Source of the DNA: Candidatus Thorarchaeota archaeon
GTDB lineage: Archaea; Asgardarchaeota; Thorarchaeia; Thorarchaeales; Thorarchaeaceae
Reading direction: 5' to 3'
Assembly: GCA_019057475.1 (NCBI GenBank)
Contig: DXJO01000039.1
Coordinates: 1-64,000, forward strand
DNA length: 64,000 bases
Under the pieces are notes generated by a model that was not told where the DNA came from, searched no databases, and saw nothing but the letters and a program-made list of their open reading frames with translations. Shown piece after piece: positions 37,785 through 48,232 of this stretch. The translations under genes were made by a program, and so were the position numbers. Positions within the stretch are counted from its first letter, which is position 1; the number at the start of each line of letters is the position of its first letter.

Positions 37785-39044
37785 CTAGTAGAACTCCTCG
37801 AGCGTTCGCTGCGTTCCAAACTCGGAATACAATCGACTGGCCTTCAGCCATCTCTCGACGGAACCGCTCAGATGTGAGTCCACTTCAGCCACAGATTCCT
37901 CAAGAGTGGAGAAACGCTTCCCTGCACCTGAGAGCGCTCGACGCGCTATCTCTCTGAATCGCCAGACCCCAAGAGGAACCCACTTTGTCGGGTCAGTTTG
38001 CATGAAAACCATCACTCCGGCCTGTCTTCGTATTTTGACAAGAAACTCAAGGGCGGGCAATCGAGTTGCGTAATACGCTCCCACGACAATTGACGCATAG
38101 TTCTTCCGACCCCGGAACCACTCATAGTCAGATATAATCGGAGGATTAGGGCCGCTCAGCCATGACTCGAGTCCTTCAAACTGCCAAACACTTGGGAGAA
38201 ACAGGATGACAACGGTGTTACCCAACGCCTTGCCTACGTAGACCATGAAGTCACTGATCCATGGAAACCTGAGAACCTGCTTATGAAGCGACTTTCCAAT
38301 GATGTCATCTACTGCGGTGATACTCCATTTCGTTGGAACTAGTTTTCTTGACTTCCCCTCACCGAGAAGACCGACAGAGAAGAGTCTCGTCGTATGCTGT
38401 TGTCTTATCCCGTCATCATAGAGACCCAAGATACCCTCAGTTGCCTTGAGGTCTGTGTCCGAAGTAATCTTATCCACAGGACGAGGCACTTTGGGATTGT
38501 CATCAAGCTTGAAAGTATCCAGAGGAGCGGATGGTCCATATGGAAGTGTGGTATCAGAGAATACGCTGGTGAACCTCGGTCTCTTCAGGAGCAGTGCCTC
38601 GGAATCTGTCGGAGTTTCAGACAATGCCATGGTCTGCGTTTCTGCCAGAACCCGCGGAGGATCAGCAGCAGAATCCACTGATAGAGACTGTTTTGTTCGG
38701 ACTAAGCTGAAGCGCATCCCGATAATCTCATCGATTGTCCTGTTAAGCCAAAGATCAGGGCGCTCCATCAGGGCGGTCTCTTCACCTTTAATCGGCGGAA
38801 TCAATGGTCCAATCAAAACTTTCGGATAGCCATGTTCGCCCACAAAAACTGACGGGGGCGAAGAACCTGTAAGAGTCAAATTCGTGACTGCGTCATCGAT
38901 GCGGACCAATGCCTTTGCTCTCATTAACAAGGGACAAGGTTTCACTCCACACAGCGCGCGGTGACCCATACACCTGGAGCAGACTCGCTCATCATATGAT
39001 GTGACTCTTTTCTTGCTGCCCACAAGGGGTGTCTGTGTCAACAC
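37785..39044 (-). CDS. nreA: Nre-family PCNA-interacting DNA repair protein
   Basis: C..C.G...LCG..PCP, GSSPPSVFVG..GYPKV, LVPT.WSITAVD, PLGVW..RE, C-terminal PIP box QRTLEEFY. Confidence 0.92.
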   Translation of the reverse strand: MLTQTPLVGSKKRVTSYDERVCSRCMGHRALCGVKPCPLLMRAKALVRIDDAVTNLTLTGSSPPSVFVGEHGYPKVLIGPLIPPIKGEETALMERPDLWLNRTIDEIIGMRFSLVRTKQSLSVDSAADPPRVLAETQTMALSETPTDSEALLLKRPRFTSVFSDTTLPYGPSAPLDTFKLDDNPKVPRPVDKITSDTDLKATEGILGLYDDGIRQQHTTRLFSVGLLGEGKSRKLVPTKWSITAVDDIIGKSLHKQVLRFPWISDFMVYVGKALGNTVVILFLPSVWQFEGLESWLSGPNPPIISDYEWFRGRKNYASIVVGAYYATRLPALEFLVKIRRQAGVMVFMQTDPTKWVPLGVWRFREIARRALSGAGKRFSTLEESVAEVDSHLSGSVERWLKASRLYSEFGTQRTLEEFY

Positions 39045-39138
39045 ATTGACTCCTTGAACTCAGTTCAAATAGTGGCTTCTTGCTGCGTTCTGTTGGTTCT
39101 ACTGCACTTCTACATCCCAGAGAGTACACCGAAACTAT

Positions 39139-39468
39139 ATGACTGAAGTGATTGCTACAGATGAACAGATGACAACGAGAAGAAAGTCTATTGCTGAGCT
39201 GCTGGAGAAATCTGAGCATCCAATGACTGCGCATGACATCTGCAGTATTCTCGATATAGAAAGCCGGTCGATTGTGTACGAAGACATTGGGCATATCGCG
39301 AAATCCGTAAAGAACTCCGGAAAGGAGGTACTAATCCGACCTGCAAGCTGCGGTAAGTGTGGGTATGTCTTCTCAAGTCGCAAGGTGGCAAGCAGGCCTT
39401 CAAAGTGTCCCAAGTGTCGTTCTCAGTGGATATTGCTACCGGGTTATCTCATCCGTTCCAAGCGCTAA
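39139..39468 (+). CDS. HTH + Zn-ribbon transcriptional regulator (COG3357-like)
   Basis: TRR..I..LL, VYEDI.HIAKS, P..CGKCGY.F, PSKCPKCRSQWI. Confidence 0.88.
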   Translation: MTEVIATDEQMTTRRKSIAELLEKSEHPMTAHDICSILDIESRSIVYEDIGHIAKSVKNSGKEVLIRPASCGKCGYVFSSRKVASRPSKCPKCRSQWILLPGYLIRSKR

Positions 39469-39777
39469 TCAGTCCTCGAACCGATGTACTTTCTGAATGC
39501 CGGCCCCTTCATGCTTGATGTCGGAAACTCTAGTCACTACGAAATCTGACAACCCATACTCTGCCTCCTCAACATAACCATGAAGAATGACCTTCATGCC
39601 AACCCGAGGTAAGAACTGATTTCGATCCATGACTTTAGCAGAGAGCTTGACGCTGTACGTCTGTGTGGTAGATTCATCCTGAACGACGATTGTTGTGGAG
39701 CCATACCATCTTTGCGCACTGATTCTTGTTGTAGTGCTGCGACCAATCTCCCGTATGATTCCCCTTACAACAGTCAC
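39469..39777 (-). CDS. small OB-fold-like protein
   Basis: Beta-rich; ..VRG.I, QDE, P.VG.KV..HGYV pattern. Confidence 0.55.
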   Translation of the reverse strand: MTVVRGIIREIGRSTTTRISAQRWYGSTTIVVQDESTTQTYSVKLSAKVMDRNQFLPRVGMKVILHGYVEEAEYGLSDFVVTRVSDIKHEGAGIQKVHRFED

Positions 39778-39779
39778 GG

Positions 39780-41060
39780 CTAACTCACTTCCCAGGGAGC
39801 GATAATCGAACCGTACCGGCCTCCACCCCCAGCCACATAGCCTACTGAGCCATCCCTATATGATTCTATCACGTGAGCAATCCGCGAGTTGAATGCCCTC
39901 AACGATTCGATAGGAGTTTCAGTCAGGATTACAGTTTCAGGGCCAAAAGACTCTCTCATGCTCTTGTAAGCGCTCATGACTGTCTTAGACTTTGTCGAGC
40001 GTACACCAAGTCCAACAGAGATTACCTCTAGCAATGGAGGGATGTGAAGGTAAGGCGGCCGATGGAGTGGCGAACAACTTTGACCATCGCCTAACATGAG
40101 CGCGCGGTCTCTTACACCAAGCCTCAAACGTTTGCCATCAGCAGGACAGCGCACATTCCTTTTGTGTATGTCTTGGAGCAACAGCATCTTCTCATCACTA
40201 GTCCTGCAGTGGATGTAGATGTTGATATCATCGAATTCCGGATAGTCGAACCCAGTCCCAAGGACCAAAGTCCTTCTACAGGATGAACAGAATGATAGGT
40301 AGTACTTACCGAGGCGCGGGTTGAAGCCAACATTTAGAGTTGGTTTGCGGCCCTTCTTCCTTAGGATAGCAAGCTTCAGTTCTTCAAAGGTTGGTGCTTT
40401 CATCAGGAATCGAACAAACTCCCTGCCGATCTTGTCGGGAGTTGGCGAATGTGCGTCGCTGGAAGTGATGTATGTCAGTCGCCTTAGCTCGGGAATGCAG
40501 TCAGCAATCTCTGTATCCGCAGAGAGTCCGAGCTCTAGGAAGTGGATATTCGGCGTTTCATCTCCGTAGCAATCTTTTAGGCTGTCATGTTTCCCCTCTC
40601 TAAAGATTGACCTAAAAGGGGTGAATGCGTGTGCAGGTCCGATGAGACCACCCACGTCTCGCACCATACCGGCCAGCTCCTCTCCGCTCACATTGACACG
40701 AGGACGCCCACCCCATTCAGCATCAAGATTTGGGGAATGTGGACGCAAAACGCTCCGTAGGTTTTCCACAGACTCAAAGTCAGGCAGAATGACAACATGA
40801 TGAACCGCCTCTTCGTCCTCTATCTCCACCGTTAGGATGAACGCAACTGATCCTGTCGTCAAGATCCCTCTCTTCTCATTTAGATGAGTCCTAAGATGGT
40901 CAAGCCAATCGGGCTGGGTCGCATCACCAGTGCCAAGAACTGCAAGACCCTTCTCGATTGCACCCTGTGTAAGCGCGGGAATAGTCATGTGTTTACTTAC
41001 GCCTATTGAGTGAAGCGAGTGTATGTGCAGGTCGACGTCGTATTCTTCCATGTGCCCCAT
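39780..41060 (-). CDS. endonuclease Q / TIGR00375 PHP-domain protein
   Basis: DLHIHS, GTGD, PAHAFTP, ELGLSAD, SDAHS, GKYY..C..C, GGGGRYG. Confidence 0.9.
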   Translation of the reverse strand: MGHMEEYDVDLHIHSLHSIGVSKHMTIPALTQGAIEKGLAVLGTGDATQPDWLDHLRTHLNEKRGILTTGSVAFILTVEIEDEEAVHHVVILPDFESVENLRSVLRPHSPNLDAEWGGRPRVNVSGEELAGMVRDVGGLIGPAHAFTPFRSIFREGKHDSLKDCYGDETPNIHFLELGLSADTEIADCIPELRRLTYITSSDAHSPTPDKIGREFVRFLMKAPTFEELKLAILRKKGRKPTLNVGFNPRLGKYYLSFCSSCRRTLVLGTGFDYPEFDDINIYIHCRTSDEKMLLLQDIHKRNVRCPADGKRLRLGVRDRALMLGDGQSCSPLHRPPYLHIPPLLEVISVGLGVRSTKSKTVMSAYKSMRESFGPETVILTETPIESLRAFNSRIAHVIESYRDGSVGYVAGGGGRYGSIIAPWEVS

Positions 41061-41068
41061 CTGTCTCC

Positions 41069-42058
41069 TCAGATGTTCACGAGGACCTTCGTTACGTTAG
41101 GCTGACTGGCGTGCTCAAAAGCCTTGAGACCTTCCTCGAGAGGAAACTTTTTGCTGACCAATCGATTCACCTCGATTCTGCCTTTGGATAGCATGTCCAA
41201 TGCCTTGTTGTATGGACCTCTGCTGGTGCCCACGATTCTAATCTCACGGTTCACAATCTCAGTGGCATTGATTCGAACGCCGTTGCCGTGCATACTCTTG
41301 AGCGCGATTGTTCCGCGGCTCCTTACGATTTCGAGTGCCATTGCGAATCCGTCAGGAGTGCCTGTGGCTTCAACAACTAAGGCCGGGCCTACTCCGGAAG
41401 TAGCTTTCAGAACCGCCTTCTTCCAATCCGTTTCTTCCGTGTTAATCGTGTTTGTGAGGCCAAGCTGTCTTCCGATGCCCAGTTGGTAGCGGTTGCGATC
41501 CAACAAGAGTACGTCAGCACCGGTTGCATCGTATATCTGAGAGATGAGTAAACCTAGCTTGCCACTTCCGATAACTAGGACAACTTCCCCAGGTCCAACC
41601 GGAGAGTCGATTTGCGTCTGAATGGCCGAAGCTAAAGGCTCGACAAAAGTGCCAGCTACCATGTCTACACCTTCAGGGAGTAGATGGACTAGGTCGGCAG
41701 GTACACTGAGGTATTCTCTCAACCCGCCGTCTGCCGTGATTCCAAGAGTCTGCTTCGCGATGCAGAGATGCTTGAGGTGATTCTTGCAGTACCAGCAGCG
41801 ACTGCAAGCCAGATCTATTTCAGTCGTTACCATAGCCCCTGGTGTAAACTCGGACATGGAGCTTTCATGGACAACCCCAGCAATCTCGCGTCCGAGGATT
41901 ATCGGCAATGGTGTGTCGAGGTCACCATTCCAGATGGCAAGGTCGGTACCACTAATCCCCACTGATCTGACCTCTATTCTCACATCTCCGGGCATAAGTG
42001 GCGTGATAGGTGTGTCAGCCAACTGTAGACCATCACGCGTTAAGACTAGAGATTGCAT
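41069..42058 (-). CDS. MDR-family (zinc-type) alcohol dehydrogenase-like protein
   Basis: Structural-Zn C..C..C......C, EPLA, G.GKLG; catalytic Zn ligands altered. Confidence 0.85.
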   Translation of the reverse strand: MQSLVLTRDGLQLADTPITPLMPGDVRIEVRSVGISGTDLAIWNGDLDTPLPIILGREIAGVVHESSMSEFTPGAMVTTEIDLACSRCWYCKNHLKHLCIAKQTLGITADGGLREYLSVPADLVHLLPEGVDMVAGTFVEPLASAIQTQIDSPVGPGEVVLVIGSGKLGLLISQIYDATGADVLLLDRNRYQLGIGRQLGLTNTINTEETDWKKAVLKATSGVGPALVVEATGTPDGFAMALEIVRSRGTIALKSMHGNGVRINATEIVNREIRIVGTSRGPYNKALDMLSKGRIEVNRLVSKKFPLEEGLKAFEHASQPNVTKVLVNI

Positions 42059-42210
42059 AGTTGTACCCTCAGCAAGGAAACTGGTTCTCTACTAGCACAA
42101 TAAACCCTTCGATTACGTTGAATTTGAAACTGCCGCGTGAGAGCCTGTAGGGAGTTTCACTTATCTGGTACCGATATTAGTAGCTAGTGTGAAAAAGGAG
42201 GCCAAGGTTA

Positions 42211-43275
42211 GTGGTTCGCTTTGGAATTGAGTTCGTACCTGACAAGCCAGTAGACAAGATAGTTCATTGGGCCAAGCTCGCTGAGAAGAACGGTTTTGAC
42301 ATCGTCTGGCTCACAGATCACTACAACAATCGCAACGTATGGTCAACATTAACGGTTATTGCATTGAACACAAGCAGGGTCATCATTGGTCCGGGGGTTT
42401 CGAATCCATATCACATGAGCCCGGCCCTTTCAGCATCAGCAGCAGTCACTCTCAATGAGATAAGCAATGGACGGGCGGCAATAGGTTTCGGTGCTGGAGA
42501 TAGGACTACACTCAACAGTATCGGCATCGATTGGGTCAAGCCAGTTTCAACTGTTGTTGAGTGCATAGAGTATGTCAGAGCACTGACGGAAGGACGAAGG
42601 TTCACACTCGACGGGAAAGCCTTCAAGATTAGAGGAGCAAAGCTGAGCATCGTGAAGCGTGAGGATGCACTAGATGACAAGGGTAACCCTGTGCTGAAAG
42701 ATGGGAAGCCTATCAAGCGTGGACCAAAGATACCTATCTATGCAGGAGCGCAAGGGTCCCAGATGCTAAAGCGTACTGCAATGGTCGCTGATGGAATCCT
42801 CATCAATGCTAGTCATCTCAAGGACTTCAAGATCGCATTGGAGAAGATAAGAGAGGGAGCTGAAGAGGCAGGTCGTGATCTATCCGATATCGATGTCGGG
42901 GTGTATGCCGCGTGCAGCATCGGAGAAACGTATGACGAAGCGTTGAAGGGGGATTTGAAGACAGTCGTTGCATTCATAGTTGCTAGTTCCCCGGAGGTGA
43001 TACTAAATAGACACGGAATTGATGCAGATTCCTGCAAGCGTGTCAGGAAACTCCTTGGGGAGGGTAACTTCAAGGAGTTGCCCAAAGCAATCTCTGAAGG
43101 AATGCTGGAGGCATTCTCGATAGTTGGAGATAGCAGGCAATGTATCAGTCGCATAGAGGGTCTAGTGAAGGCGGGGATGACTCAAATGGTAATAGGCTCG
43201 CCCATAGGGCCAGACAAATCAAAAGCCATAAAACAGATCGGGCGGGACATCATCCCACACTTTAAGGCAATGTAA
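42211..43275 (+). CDS. mer: F420-dependent 5,10-methylenetetrahydromethanopterin reductase
   Basis: FGIEFVP, W.TDHYNNR, GPGV.NPY, GAQG, LINASH, GSPIGPDK. Confidence 0.92.
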   Translation: MVRFGIEFVPDKPVDKIVHWAKLAEKNGFDIVWLTDHYNNRNVWSTLTVIALNTSRVIIGPGVSNPYHMSPALSASAAVTLNEISNGRAAIGFGAGDRTTLNSIGIDWVKPVSTVVECIEYVRALTEGRRFTLDGKAFKIRGAKLSIVKREDALDDKGNPVLKDGKPIKRGPKIPIYAGAQGSQMLKRTAMVADGILINASHLKDFKIALEKIREGAEEAGRDLSDIDVGVYAACSIGETYDEALKGDLKTVVAFIVASSPEVILNRHGIDADSCKRVRKLLGEGNFKELPKAISEGMLEAFSIVGDSRQCISRIEGLVKAGMTQMVIGSPIGPDKSKAIKQIGRDIIPHFKAM

Positions 43276-43337
43276 CTCTACGACACTAAGTCCATGCTCA
43301 ACTAGTCTGGCAACTCACAAGGGAAGGAAACCCTTTT

Positions 43338-44375
43338 GTGAGCGAAATGATGAAGTCGGATGGTCAAGACATGCCCACTCTTAGCCTGAAAAAGCACGGG
43401 ACCGGCATAGCCCTAGAATACGGTAAGGTAAAGCTGGCACTTGACACCGGGGTGCAGGGTGCGACAACTCTTCTTTCTCATTCACATACAGACCATATTG
43501 GCAGACTTAACCGAGCGGACCAAGTCATTGGAACCAAAGGAACCTTCGACACCTATTCTGCGCGAGGAGGAAAACTACCTGCTAACCGAATCGTTGTTGA
43601 ATATCAGCAGGTGACATTTCTCAATGGAGCCGACATTACGGCCATCAATGCAGGACATGTGCTGGGCTCAACGATGTTCCTAATCGAGTTTGAAGACGGC
43701 CTGAGAGCATTGTTTACAGGAGACTTCAATGTTGTTGATAGCATTGTGCACGAACGTGCTCGTCCGGTCAAGGCGGATGTACTGATTACTGAAGCGACCT
43801 ACGGTTCACCCTCTTGGATTTTTCCAAGCAGAGTCGAAACACATGAAAACATCTTGAAGGCCGCCGCCAACAGTCTTGCTGAAGGGGTCAACCCGTTGTT
43901 CAATGCATACTCTTTGAGAAAAGCCCAAGAAGTAATCGCTCTTCTACAAGGTCGGGGGATAAGCGTGGTTTCAGGAAATCGTAGCATTGACCAAGTATGT
44001 AAAGTATACAACCGCCACGGCTTCGACCTAAAACAGGTTCCCGTCACTTCAAAAGACCTCGCCCATCTCATTGAAAGGGGCTGCGCAATCGTGACTTCTT
44101 CACCTCGACATACTGAACAGCATATTCGCAGGATGCTTGGGAAGATGGAGAGCAGAACAATTATGGACAGAATGAAATCTTACTTTCTTTCAGGTTGGAC
44201 GCTTGGCAAGTTCAGACAACGCGGTTTCCCTTTAAGCGCACATTCTGACTATCTAGGACTTTTGGAATTCGCCAAGGGAGTTGATCCCAAGGTCGTCTAC
44301 TGTTTCACAGAAAACGCGCGTGAGTTCTCAGGGCATCTTGCAACGGCGGGATTGAATGCAGTGCCACTGGAGTAG
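43338..44375 (+). CDS. MBL-fold / beta-CASP nuclease
   Basis: SHSHTDH, AGHVLGS, TGD, TEATYG, LSAHSD. Confidence 0.88.
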   Translation: MSEMMKSDGQDMPTLSLKKHGTGIALEYGKVKLALDTGVQGATTLLSHSHTDHIGRLNRADQVIGTKGTFDTYSARGGKLPANRIVVEYQQVTFLNGADITAINAGHVLGSTMFLIEFEDGLRALFTGDFNVVDSIVHERARPVKADVLITEATYGSPSWIFPSRVETHENILKAAANSLAEGVNPLFNAYSLRKAQEVIALLQGRGISVVSGNRSIDQVCKVYNRHGFDLKQVPVTSKDLAHLIERGCAIVTSSPRHTEQHIRRMLGKMESRTIMDRMKSYFLSGWTLGKFRQRGFPLSAHSDYLGLLEFAKGVDPKVVYCFTENAREFSGHLATAGLNAVPLE

Positions 44376-44939
44376 GTGAATGGTTTGTTGAACGAACTCT
44401 CTGAATTGGTTGAACCTGTTCATGCTGAATCATTTTTCTCGGTATCAAGAACAGGAGAGATACACGAAAGACTCTCCTACGAGTATGCTGACGCCGAAGG
44501 ATACTATCGAAAAGTAGTTCGCAATCAGGACCTCCTAACAAAGGAAGTTGAGAAGCTCGCCGCGAACATGCAATTCTATCTCGATAAGGAGCGCGTCGAG
44601 ATTAACGACGAGAAAGTTAAGTCGAAGGTCAGCATGTGTGACATCTTTCCCAAGGGTGCAACAGAGGTAGTCGCAGTTATTTTTCTCATAGATTTCACGG
44701 GCAAGTTCAAGCCAAGCAAAAACAAGATTGTCACTTGGCTCGAGGAGGAAACCGCACCCTATGACTTTGAGATTCAATGGCGTTTTCCTTTGGGGACACG
44801 CATTGTCGAGATCGATACGTTACTTGAATACGAAATCTACGACGACATAGTGACGCTATGGGCTACCGAGGGACAATATGTCGGAGGTTATGAACGCATG
44901 GAGTTCGTGCTGCCGGAGGTATCGCTTGATGCAGATTAG
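44376..44939 (+). CDS. hypothetical protein
   Basis: 187-aa ORF abutting both neighbours. Confidence 0.7.
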   Translation: MNGLLNELSELVEPVHAESFFSVSRTGEIHERLSYEYADAEGYYRKVVRNQDLLTKEVEKLAANMQFYLDKERVEINDEKVKSKVSMCDIFPKGATEVVAVIFLIDFTGKFKPSKNKIVTWLEEETAPYDFEIQWRFPLGTRIVEIDTLLEYEIYDDIVTLWATEGQYVGGYERMEFVLPEVSLDAD

Positions 44940-45180
44940 CGGCTTATTCGGTATCATAGGACTGTCATTAGTGGTTCTAGGCATCGTGGTCATTCTTCTG
45001 GGCGTGGCCTTTGTTATGCGTCAGTCGAGCCAAGGAAACACAGAGGTCCGGAGAGAAAGCAAGGGCATAATCCTGTTGGGGCCAATACCAATCGTCTGGG
45101 GATACGGGAAAAAGGGGTGGGCTGTAGCAATCATTATGGGGATAATGCTCGTCCTTGTGTGGTTCATGTTCCGTGGCTAA
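44929..45180 (+). CDS. DUF131-like membrane protein
   Basis: G.ILLGPIPIVWG motif between two TM helices. Confidence 0.8.
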   Translation: MQISGLFGIIGLSLVVLGIVVILLGVAFVMRQSSQGNTEVRRESKGIILLGPIPIVWGYGKKGWAVAIIMGIMLVLVWFMFRG

Positions 45181-45287
45181 TCGATATGGTATATTCTTGG
45201 ACATTATATTATCGAATGTAGGTATTACCTATGGAGTACGAAACCTCATAGATATAGAATAACTCTGTCTATTGGAGACAAACTCTC

Positions 45288-45545
45288 ATGATATTCAAAT
45301 GCAGAAACTGCGGTGACACATCAGCTGACATCGATATGGTACTCGATGGCACATGCCATTGTGGATGTACCCACTTCCAGTTGGCTTCTGAAGACTTACC
45401 CGGAGTATCCAAGGAGATTTCACAGAAAGAGCAGATACGAAGAGACCTACATCTCTGGGTAGACCTCAACCTAGATTCTATGGAGTCAAGTGACATCGGA
45501 AGTATCCGAGTCGCTTTCGAGTGCGAGAATCCAAAGATGACTTGA
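45288..45545 (+). CDS. small Zn-ribbon protein
   Basis: CRNCG...C.CGC..F. Confidence 0.65.
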   Translation: MIFKCRNCGDTSADIDMVLDGTCHCGCTHFQLASEDLPGVSKEISQKEQIRRDLHLWVDLNLDSMESSDIGSIRVAFECENPKMT

Positions 45546-45559
45546 ATGCGTGAGTTCTA

Positions 45560-48178
45560 CTATTCTGGCGTTTTCGAATTCAGGGGGCGTTCTATTCGGG
45601 AGATTTGCCCCTCTATCTCTTCATTAATATCGGTCTCGCCAGCAACGGCAGCGATTCTCTGAACTGCTTTGAGATTGTGAATCAAAGTGTCCAACCATGA
45701 AAAGAGGTCTCCAGGGTACGCCCACAGCTCGTATTTCTCGTGTAATTCTTGGGCAATGCCTGACGGGTTAAGGCCCTTCTTTCTGGCGTCCACAATCCAT
45801 CGACCCAGCTTGATGTGACCGTGGCTGCACTCTGGGAAATCCCGACAACCGCATCCAAAGAAATCCAATGTCCATCGTCCGAACAACTCAAACACCCACT
45901 TCGGAAGCCTAGTGGCACCTCCACGTGGTTGCCTCATATCAGTTAGGTCTGCAAACACGCCCGAGAAAAGGCGCGTTGGCATATGGGTCCGGAATGCTGA
46001 GTTAACTTCGCTCTGAAGCTTGGGACTGAGATAGACATTCTCGAAGGGGTCAAGCAAGATGGCGATATCGAGCACATCCATTGAGGTCACTTGCTTCTGA
46101 ACCTCAAATCCAGATGTAGGTGTTAGGAATGACACTGACGTTGCCCGTCCCAGCGGAGTCGGATGTGCACCACCCTCGCGAACACGAATCATGTGTTTCC
46201 TTACGAGATGCTTCAAGGCATCAGAGGGGGGAATACTTCTTGAAAGCATCTTGTTGTAGGCTCGGGCGACTGCTTTCAACTCCACCAGTCCGGTTGAGCA
46301 TATTGTTGCAAGAATTTGCTCTGCGCAGGCTTCGGTGTCCGCGAATGGTTCAACGTCCTCAACGATGCCTGCAAGCAACTCTGACGCTATCTCATCCTCA
46401 GTCTTGCTTTGTCCTCCATGGTACTTCCGCTCGGGCTCAACAATGATGTACACTTTTCCTCGATCATGCTTTCCGAGCCTTCCTGCTCTCCCTAGCATCT
46501 GCTCAAACGCTGCTGTAGTGAGCCATTCAGCACCCATTGCTAGAGATTCAAAAATAACCTGAGAGGCTGGGAGGTCAACTCCAGCCCCGAGAGCTGCAGT
46601 CGTGACCACGCATGCGTACCGTTGTTTAGCGAAAGACCACTCAACACTCCTCCTCCGCGAGTACGAGAGACCTCCATGATATACAACACTTGAAACGTGA
46701 TGCTCCCTGAGCCAGTCAGCTAAAGCTTGAGCTCGTCGACGAGAGAATGTGAAGATAATTGATTGTCCTTTGGCCCCTGAACTGCTTACGTGTCGGAACT
46801 CGTTTGAAACCAACCTTTGGATTATGGATCGCTTATCCACATCACTTCGAGCGAAGATCAAGTGACGCTCGAGCGGAACTGGACGACCTACGTAGTTAAC
46901 GAGTTTTAGCTTCATATCCTTGGCCAGACGATCAGGAGACCCCACTGTGGCAGAGAGCGCTATGACTTGGGCATCAGGGGCATAAAAGTGCAGCCTTGCA
47001 AGCAGGCCATCCAGCTCTGGACCCCGGTCCGGGTCGGCAAGGTTCTGAACCTCGTCCACTATGATTGTGCCAATCGTTCCTAGTTCCTTGGATGCTCCTG
47101 TTCTAAGGAGCACGTCTAGCGCTTCGTAGGTTGCACAGATGATATCGGACCTGGAAACGCTAGTATCGACGATTACAGGATGTTCTTTACTAACAGCAAG
47201 GCGCGACATGCCAACGCGAATACCAACGCGGAGCCCAAGAGACTTGTAACGTTTCTTAAACACCTCATATTTCTCATTGGTGAGGGCAACGAGCGGCGAG
47301 AGGTATAACATTTTAGCGCCGTTCATGGCTTTAGGTACTCCAGCTATCTCCGCAAGGAGCGTTTTCCCTGATGAGGTGGACGACACAATAAGCAAGCTAA
47401 CTCCATCAAGCAAACCTGCATCCACAACCATCTCCTGTACAGGTAGAAGTTTCGTAAACCCGTCAGAGATTAGGAGATTCTTCAGTTTAGCGGGAAGCGC
47501 AAGCTCATTTACTTCTCTACCCGCTATAATGTCCCCAACATCAATAGTATCAATCAGTGTAAGTTCAGGCTCTTTTACAGGGTCGAAACCAGGAGTAAGG
47601 AGTCCCATCATGCGGGGTACTGATTTAACGGATGCAAGTTGCTTCTCTAGGTGGTTGATCATTCCCTTTGAAAGGTGGATGCCAAGGCTCTTCATATCAG
47701 TTCGGAAATCTATTCGGGCACAAGTAACGCATGCCACCTGATCTTCTGTCACTTTGATTGCATTTCGTCTAGTCAGTATGGTGAGTTGCTCTTTGCGCAG
47801 GCAGCCCTCACACACTTGCACTACACGAGGCTCAACGGTTTGAAGGCGCTGGAGCAGATCCTTCAATTTATCAGTGAACGCGGGTTTCTGTTTCCGTGGG
47901 ATAATTATGTTCTTAGCTTTCCGGAGAAACTGATGAAACTTTTTGGGTTGATAGTAGATAGGCTTGTTATATTTTACAAACCAAGCACGCTTAATCTCCA
48001 ATAGGTCAGACGTTCGATGCCCATACTCAACCATTCCCGAGAGACGTGCACGTTGTCGATCAAGCAGAACGTCAGAGAAAACATCAACTCTGGTCGTTAG
48101 GTCTTGGCGGCCTGCCCGGAAGACAATCGTGTAGGGCTTGGCCAACTGCCTTTCAATATCTGCTTCCGCGACTTCCAA
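45560..48178 (-). CDS. archaea-specific Ski2-like SF2 helicase (COG1202-like)
   Basis: LLPVQ, TSSGKTL, DEVQ, LSAT, QMLGRAGR, C-terminal C.C..FPEC.H. Confidence 0.9.
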   Translation of the reverse strand: MEVAEADIERQLAKPYTIVFRAGRQDLTTRVDVFSDVLLDRQRARLSGMVEYGHRTSDLLEIKRAWFVKYNKPIYYQPKKFHQFLRKAKNIIIPRKQKPAFTDKLKDLLQRLQTVEPRVVQVCEGCLRKEQLTILTRRNAIKVTEDQVACVTCARIDFRTDMKSLGIHLSKGMINHLEKQLASVKSVPRMMGLLTPGFDPVKEPELTLIDTIDVGDIIAGREVNELALPAKLKNLLISDGFTKLLPVQEMVVDAGLLDGVSLLIVSSTSSGKTLLAEIAGVPKAMNGAKMLYLSPLVALTNEKYEVFKKRYKSLGLRVGIRVGMSRLAVSKEHPVIVDTSVSRSDIICATYEALDVLLRTGASKELGTIGTIIVDEVQNLADPDRGPELDGLLARLHFYAPDAQVIALSATVGSPDRLAKDMKLKLVNYVGRPVPLERHLIFARSDVDKRSIIQRLVSNEFRHVSSSGAKGQSIIFTFSRRRAQALADWLREHHVSSVVYHGGLSYSRRRSVEWSFAKQRYACVVTTAALGAGVDLPASQVIFESLAMGAEWLTTAAFEQMLGRAGRLGKHDRGKVYIIVEPERKYHGGQSKTEDEIASELLAGIVEDVEPFADTEACAEQILATICSTGLVELKAVARAYNKMLSRSIPPSDALKHLVRKHMIRVREGGAHPTPLGRATSVSFLTPTSGFEVQKQVTSMDVLDIAILLDPFENVYLSPKLQSEVNSAFRTHMPTRLFSGVFADLTDMRQPRGGATRLPKWVFELFGRWTLDFFGCGCRDFPECSHGHIKLGRWIVDARKKGLNPSGIAQELHEKYELWAYPGDLFSWLDTLIHNLKAVQRIAAVAGETDINEEIEGQISRIERPLNSKTPE

Positions 48179-48232
48179 CTGATGGACCTCAACATGTCCC
48201 GAACCTAAACACCAAAGACTCTTCCGGAAGAA

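Noticed and set aside
42211-43275. Mer as evidence of methanogenesis
   Set aside because: Mer also occurs in non-methanogenic archaea with the H4MPT Wood-Ljungdahl branch; no mcr/mtr genes are in the window.
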